Assembly (NCBI GenBank): GCA_028821605.1
Contig: JAPPFM010000038.1
Coordinates: 12,837-76,836, forward strand
Reading direction: 5' to 3'
From: Candidatus Poribacteria bacterium
GTDB lineage: Bacteria > Poribacteria > WGA-4E > WGA-3G
DNA length: 64,000 bases
The notes below the pieces were generated by a model. It worked only from the letters and a program-made list of their open reading frames with translations. It was not told where the DNA came from and did not search any database. The position numbers were made by a program, and so were the translations under genes. How positions within the stretch are numbered: position 1 is the first letter of the stretch; each line of letters opens with the position of its first letter. Below are positions 60,216 through 64,000 of this stretch, one piece after another.

Positions 60216-61656
60216 ACGGGGTTGGCCCCTCATAGCGACTGTTCTTCTTTTAATAGCGTATCTCCTGAGTCAAACAAGCACATTATCAAATCCACCCAAT
60301 CTAAGACCTGAGGTTGGAACGCGTGGGCTTGGATTAAGCGGCGCGTTTATCAGCAGTGTCGATGATGCAACAAGTCCACTCTGGAATCCCGCCGGGCTTG
60401 CGACGCTGCAACGCGGAAACCTTATCTATGACCTGTCCCAAGGTGCAGTTTCTCTCGCGTATCCTATTAAACCGATCGGCACATTCGGTGTAAATTTCCT
60501 GGATTTAAATGGCAACGACCGATTTCTCATAGAGCACACGGCGAACCCTATCGGTAGTTTTGAGCTTGGTAACAATCAAGCGTTGGTTTCTTATGCAAGG
60601 AAATTCGGGACTTTACAACTCGGTGCAAGCACAGGCTATAGTCGTGCCCCGTATCACGGTAGCCTCTGGGCACAAAATTATGATGTCGGTGTGGTAACAG
60701 ATGTTAATTCCTACCTTACCCTTGGCATCCGGTTCCGCGATATTTCTGGTGTGACCATCCGCCACCAAAATGGACAGGTTTTACAAACTTTCGACCAGCA
60801 GCTTGCGTTCGGTGCAGTCCTAACGCCCCATCCAATTATTCGATGGCATAATCGCTTTGATATTACCACACCCGGTTTCGGAACCAGTGTAGAAGTCGGG
60901 AATCAGTCAATTATGGCTCGGTTCGGTTCAGCGTTCTCCTTTACTGACCAAACCCGCCCGCAGTCTTGGAGCATCGGGTTTTCACTTAACCAATTGGGAA
61001 AACAGTTCCATTACACTTATCTCAATCACGGTGATTTTGACCGTAAACATCTCGCTTCAGTGGGGATGTATTTTGGTGGAGAGCAATCTATTTCACAGAA
61101 ACCTCAAATCGAAGACGGTATAGCGACGCAACCGCCAGTAACAGAACCGACACATCAAACACGACAACCAAAACGGACAGATTCTGAATACAAGAGTGTC
61201 CAAATCTCAAAAGAATATGATATTGATGTCAAACTTATGCTTTCCATCATTCACACTGAGTCCAACTTTAACCCACTTGCTGTATCGAAGAATGGAGCAG
61301 CAGGATTGATGCAGCTAATGCCTGCTGCCGCAAGAGAACTTGGACTCAAAGTGCCACAGTACAAAAATAAACGCCAGCCGAATTTTGATCCGAACATAGA
61401 TGAACGGTTTGACCCACACAAAAACTTGCACGCTGGTTTAACCTATTTCAAGGTACTTTATAAAAAACATTTGAACAATTTGACTTTGGCACTCGGCGCG
61501 TATAACGTCGGTCCCAGTAAGGTGAAAATACGTGGTCCCCTTATCAGCAGAGGTAAAAGATATGCGAACAAAGTCATTAAGCGTTCCCAAATGTACCGAG
61601 ATAATGCAACACAAATGAAAGTTGATCTTAAGCGGTTAGAAGCGGTCCTTGATTAA
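60130..61656 (+). CDS. Fusion of an N-terminal outer-membrane-barrel-like domain and a C-terminal SLT lytic transglycosylase domain
   Basis: C-terminal SLT catalytic block (IIHTESNFNPLAVSKNGAAGLMQL…YNVGP). N-terminal ~300 aa show β-strand periodicity and a GLGLSGAF…WNPAGLA motif. Start may instead be the GTG at 60181 (gives a K-rich hydrophobic signal peptide). Confidence 0.65.
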   Translation: MFQQDPIYILKSGTKAEVKNQLNTLLYRKRGWPLIATVLLLIAYLLSQTSTLSNPPNLRPEVGTRGLGLSGAFISSVDDATSPLWNPAGLATLQRGNLIYDLSQGAVSLAYPIKPIGTFGVNFLDLNGNDRFLIEHTANPIGSFELGNNQALVSYARKFGTLQLGASTGYSRAPYHGSLWAQNYDVGVVTDVNSYLTLGIRFRDISGVTIRHQNGQVLQTFDQQLAFGAVLTPHPIIRWHNRFDITTPGFGTSVEVGNQSIMARFGSAFSFTDQTRPQSWSIGFSLNQLGKQFHYTYLNHGDFDRKHLASVGMYFGGEQSISQKPQIEDGIATQPPVTEPTHQTRQPKRTDSEYKSVQISKEYDIDVKLMLSIIHTESNFNPLAVSKNGAAGLMQLMPAAARELGLKVPQYKNKRQPNFDPNIDERFDPHKNLHAGLTYFKVLYKKHLNNLTLALGAYNVGPSKVKIRGPLISRGKRYANKVIKRSQMYRDNATQMKVDLKRLEAVLD

Positions 61657-61701
61657 ACGGCGGGTGCTTGCAAGATGCACCGTCAGCTGCAGGGGGATAA
61701 C

Positions 61702-62958
61702 ATGGATAAAATTAGATTGGCAATTGTTGGATGTGGCGGGATGGGACACCGACACATGTACGGATTGGCAGAACTCCATCGGGTAGGGTGGCCACGTTTT
61801 GACCTTGTCGGTGCTTGTGATCCGGTTCTTGACAATGCTGAGTCACTCGCGGCACAGGCAGAAGAACGTTTCGGTCAAAAGCCTGCTGTTGTTGGAAGTC
61901 TCGAAGAACTCGCTGAAGTCGGCGTAGATGCTGTAGATGTGACGACCACGCCACCGTATCATCACACAGTCGCCGTTGAGACCCTTGAACGCGGTTGGCA
62001 CACCATGGTTGAAAAGCCGATGGGGTTGACCGTTCGCGCGTGTAATCTCATCCGTCGCGCAGCGGAGGCTTCTGATGCAATCCTCAGCGTTGCAGAGAAC
62101 TATCGACGCGATCCAATGAACCGGCTTGCCAAGGCACTGCTCGATGCGGAAGTTATTGGCACCCCACGTTTCCTCATCCACCATGCAATTGGTGGTGCAA
62201 ACCGTATGACGATCTCCGTCTGGCGACACCAAAAGGATCAGAGTGGCGTATTGCTTGATGTCGGCGTTCACTATGCTGACATGATGGAATATCTACTCGG
62301 TGAAATTGATACCGTCTACGCGCAAACCCGTCTTCATGAACCTATTCGGCATAATTCTGCCGCAGTGACCGGTGAATCTGGTTCTAACCCTGCTGGTGTC
62401 TACACCAAATGGCAGCGCGAGATGCCTGCTGAATTTGAGGCAACAGCGGAGGATGCTGCTTATGCAACGATCACTTTCAAAAGTGGCGTTGTCGGGCAAT
62501 ATATTGAAGAGCACGCGGCATGGGGACAAGGCGGTTGGCTCCGCAAAATCCATGGCTCCCGAGGTTCTATGACGCTCCCTGGCGACCGAAGTGGTGGGAC
62601 TATCACCCTCAATATTGACGGACAGGAAACGATTAACGACCAACGGGTTTTGGACCTCGTCCCAGACTTTCATTTAGATGCTGTCACAGCGGACCTTTTC
62701 GGCGGCGACCGATTGTGGAACTACAAGTTTACGCAAGGGGACGCGAAAAATATTGCTATTGAATATGGTGAATTTGCTGAAATTATTGCCGGAAACCGAG
62801 AAGTTGAAGTCAACGCCTATCAAGGCACACGCTCTGTCGCTGTCTCTTATGCAATCCTTGAGTCTGGTGCAACCGGACAAATCGTTCAAATGGATCAGAT
62901 GCTGGATGAATCGATTAATACATATCAGCGCGAAATTGATGAAGGGTTGGGCATTTAA
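61702..62958 (+). CDS. Gfo/Idh/MocA family oxidoreductase
   Basis: LAIVGCGGMGHRH Rossmann motif; RBS AGGGGGA. Confidence 0.8.
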   Translation: MDKIRLAIVGCGGMGHRHMYGLAELHRVGWPRFDLVGACDPVLDNAESLAAQAEERFGQKPAVVGSLEELAEVGVDAVDVTTTPPYHHTVAVETLERGWHTMVEKPMGLTVRACNLIRRAAEASDAILSVAENYRRDPMNRLAKALLDAEVIGTPRFLIHHAIGGANRMTISVWRHQKDQSGVLLDVGVHYADMMEYLLGEIDTVYAQTRLHEPIRHNSAAVTGESGSNPAGVYTKWQREMPAEFEATAEDAAYATITFKSGVVGQYIEEHAAWGQGGWLRKIHGSRGSMTLPGDRSGGTITLNIDGQETINDQRVLDLVPDFHLDAVTADLFGGDRLWNYKFTQGDAKNIAIEYGEFAEIIAGNREVEVNAYQGTRSVAVSYAILESGATGQIVQMDQMLDESINTYQREIDEGLGI

Positions 62959-62995
62959 TCATCCCATAGTTGCGCGTTAGGACGAAATTGACACA

Positions 62996-64000
62996 ATGGC
63001 AAGCAAGCAGGAATTCGGCATCGGTTTAATTGGATTGGGGATCGGACAGCAGCACCTACTTGGTTATCAACGCCAAGGGTTACACGTTGCTGCAATCTGT
63101 GACAAAGATACTACACGCCTTAACGAGGTCGGCGACAAGTTTGATATTGATAAACGCTATACCCGCATTGTTGACTTAATTGCCGATACCGACGTTGATG
63201 TGGTTGACATGGCAGTGCAACCGTGGATCCGCTCCCCTATCGTCAAAGCCGCTGCTGCGGCTGGCAAGCATATCCTCTGCCAGAAACCTTTCTCAATGTC
63301 AATGCAACAAGCCGTTGAAATGGTGGAAACCTGTGAGCGACACAACGTGCAGCTCATGGTAAATCAAAATTCCTGTTTTGTTCCCGGTTTCCTCGCTATT
63401 GAACCCTACATCAACGCTGAACACCTCGGCGAAATCTACCATGTCTCAATAACCTGCAACGGGTTTTACACCGAATTCCCCGAACGCCACTTGATTCCGG
63501 CGATGCAAGTACACCACATCGGACTCGTCCATAAATGGTTCGGTGAGTATAAGAGCGTTTATTGCCAAGCACACGGACATAACAGATCTATTGAAGACGG
63601 AGAAACTGTTTCCTTAGCACTTTTCAAGAGTCGAAGCGGTGTCCAAGGCTTGCTTTCGTGCAACTGGGCGTTTCTTGCCAATCCGGGACGCAATTTACAG
63701 CATCCACACGAGGAGATTCGCATCCAAGGCACTAAAGGAGCAATCTACGGAAATAGCGATGATATGACCGTTCACCTCACGGAACCAGAGTCCCGCGAAA
63801 TTAAACCGTCGATAGAGGGAACGTGGTTTCCAGATGCTTTCGGTAACGTGATGGCTCACTTTCTGGAGTGCTTGCGCACTGGACAGAAACCCGTTACACA
63901 TGGACGTGGCAACCTGAACGTTGTTAAAACCCTGTTCGCTATGCACCAATCCGCCACATCAGGAGAGGTCGTTCTGCTTGATGATATTTCATTTGATGGC
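62996..64000 (+). CDS. Gfo/Idh/MocA family oxidoreductase (3'-truncated by the window edge)
   Basis: Frame open from ATG 62996 to the window end; GIGLIGLGIGQQH Rossmann motif. Confidence 0.7.
   Translation, partial: MASKQEFGIGLIGLGIGQQHLLGYQRQGLHVAAICDKDTTRLNEVGDKFDIDKRYTRIVDLIADTDVDVVDMAVQPWIRSPIVKAAAAAGKHILCQKPFSMSMQQAVEMVETCERHNVQLMVNQNSCFVPGFLAIEPYINAEHLGEIYHVSITCNGFYTEFPERHLIPAMQVHHIGLVHKWFGEYKSVYCQAHGHNRSIEDGETVSLALFKSRSGVQGLLSCNWAFLANPGRNLQHPHEEIRIQGTKGAIYGNSDDMTVHLTEPESREIKPSIEGTWFPDAFGNVMAHFLECLRTGQKPVTHGRGNLNVVKTLFAMHQSATSGEVVLLDDISFDG

Overview
Chromosomal segment of a Gram-negative bacterium, roughly 50% GC, with a largely housekeeping and accessory mix of genes. The gene content suggests a PVC-superphylum lineage (Planctomycetota- or Poribacteria-like): ECF sigma factors fused to a transmembrane helix and WD40 repeats, many Gfo/Idh/MocA oxidoreductases, PhyH dioxygenases and PD40/WD40 beta-propellers. 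Clearly recognisable genes are proA, tilS-hpt, three tRNAs (Leu-TAA, initiator Met, and a CAT-anticodon tRNA directly upstream of tilS), an NtrC-type sigma-54 activator, an ABC exporter with a fused PH-like domain and zinc ribbon, a TetR regulator, and a LysM-M23 peptidase next to an SLT-domain protein. The window is rich in short interspersed repeats (REP-like hairpins, a MITE-like element with terminal inverted repeats, and a ~380-bp structured repeat present twice 39 kb apart). The most system-like candidates are two. First, a TetR regulator followed by three tandem paralogous FG-GAP lipoproteins and a small outer-membrane beta-barrel; each of the first two paralogs has a near-identical sigma70-like promoter whose -35 overlaps a TetR-operator-like half-site. 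Second, three same-family ECF sigma genes, each preceded by the same ECF-type promoter motif. Two of these carry a C-terminal ArsR-like winged-helix extension and are tandemly duplicated next to a coiled-coil protein and two ABC-2-permease-like membrane proteins with no ATPase. No CRISPR array, integrase, transposase or phage genes were seen. All protein-family calls come from reading motifs by eye; no database searches were run.
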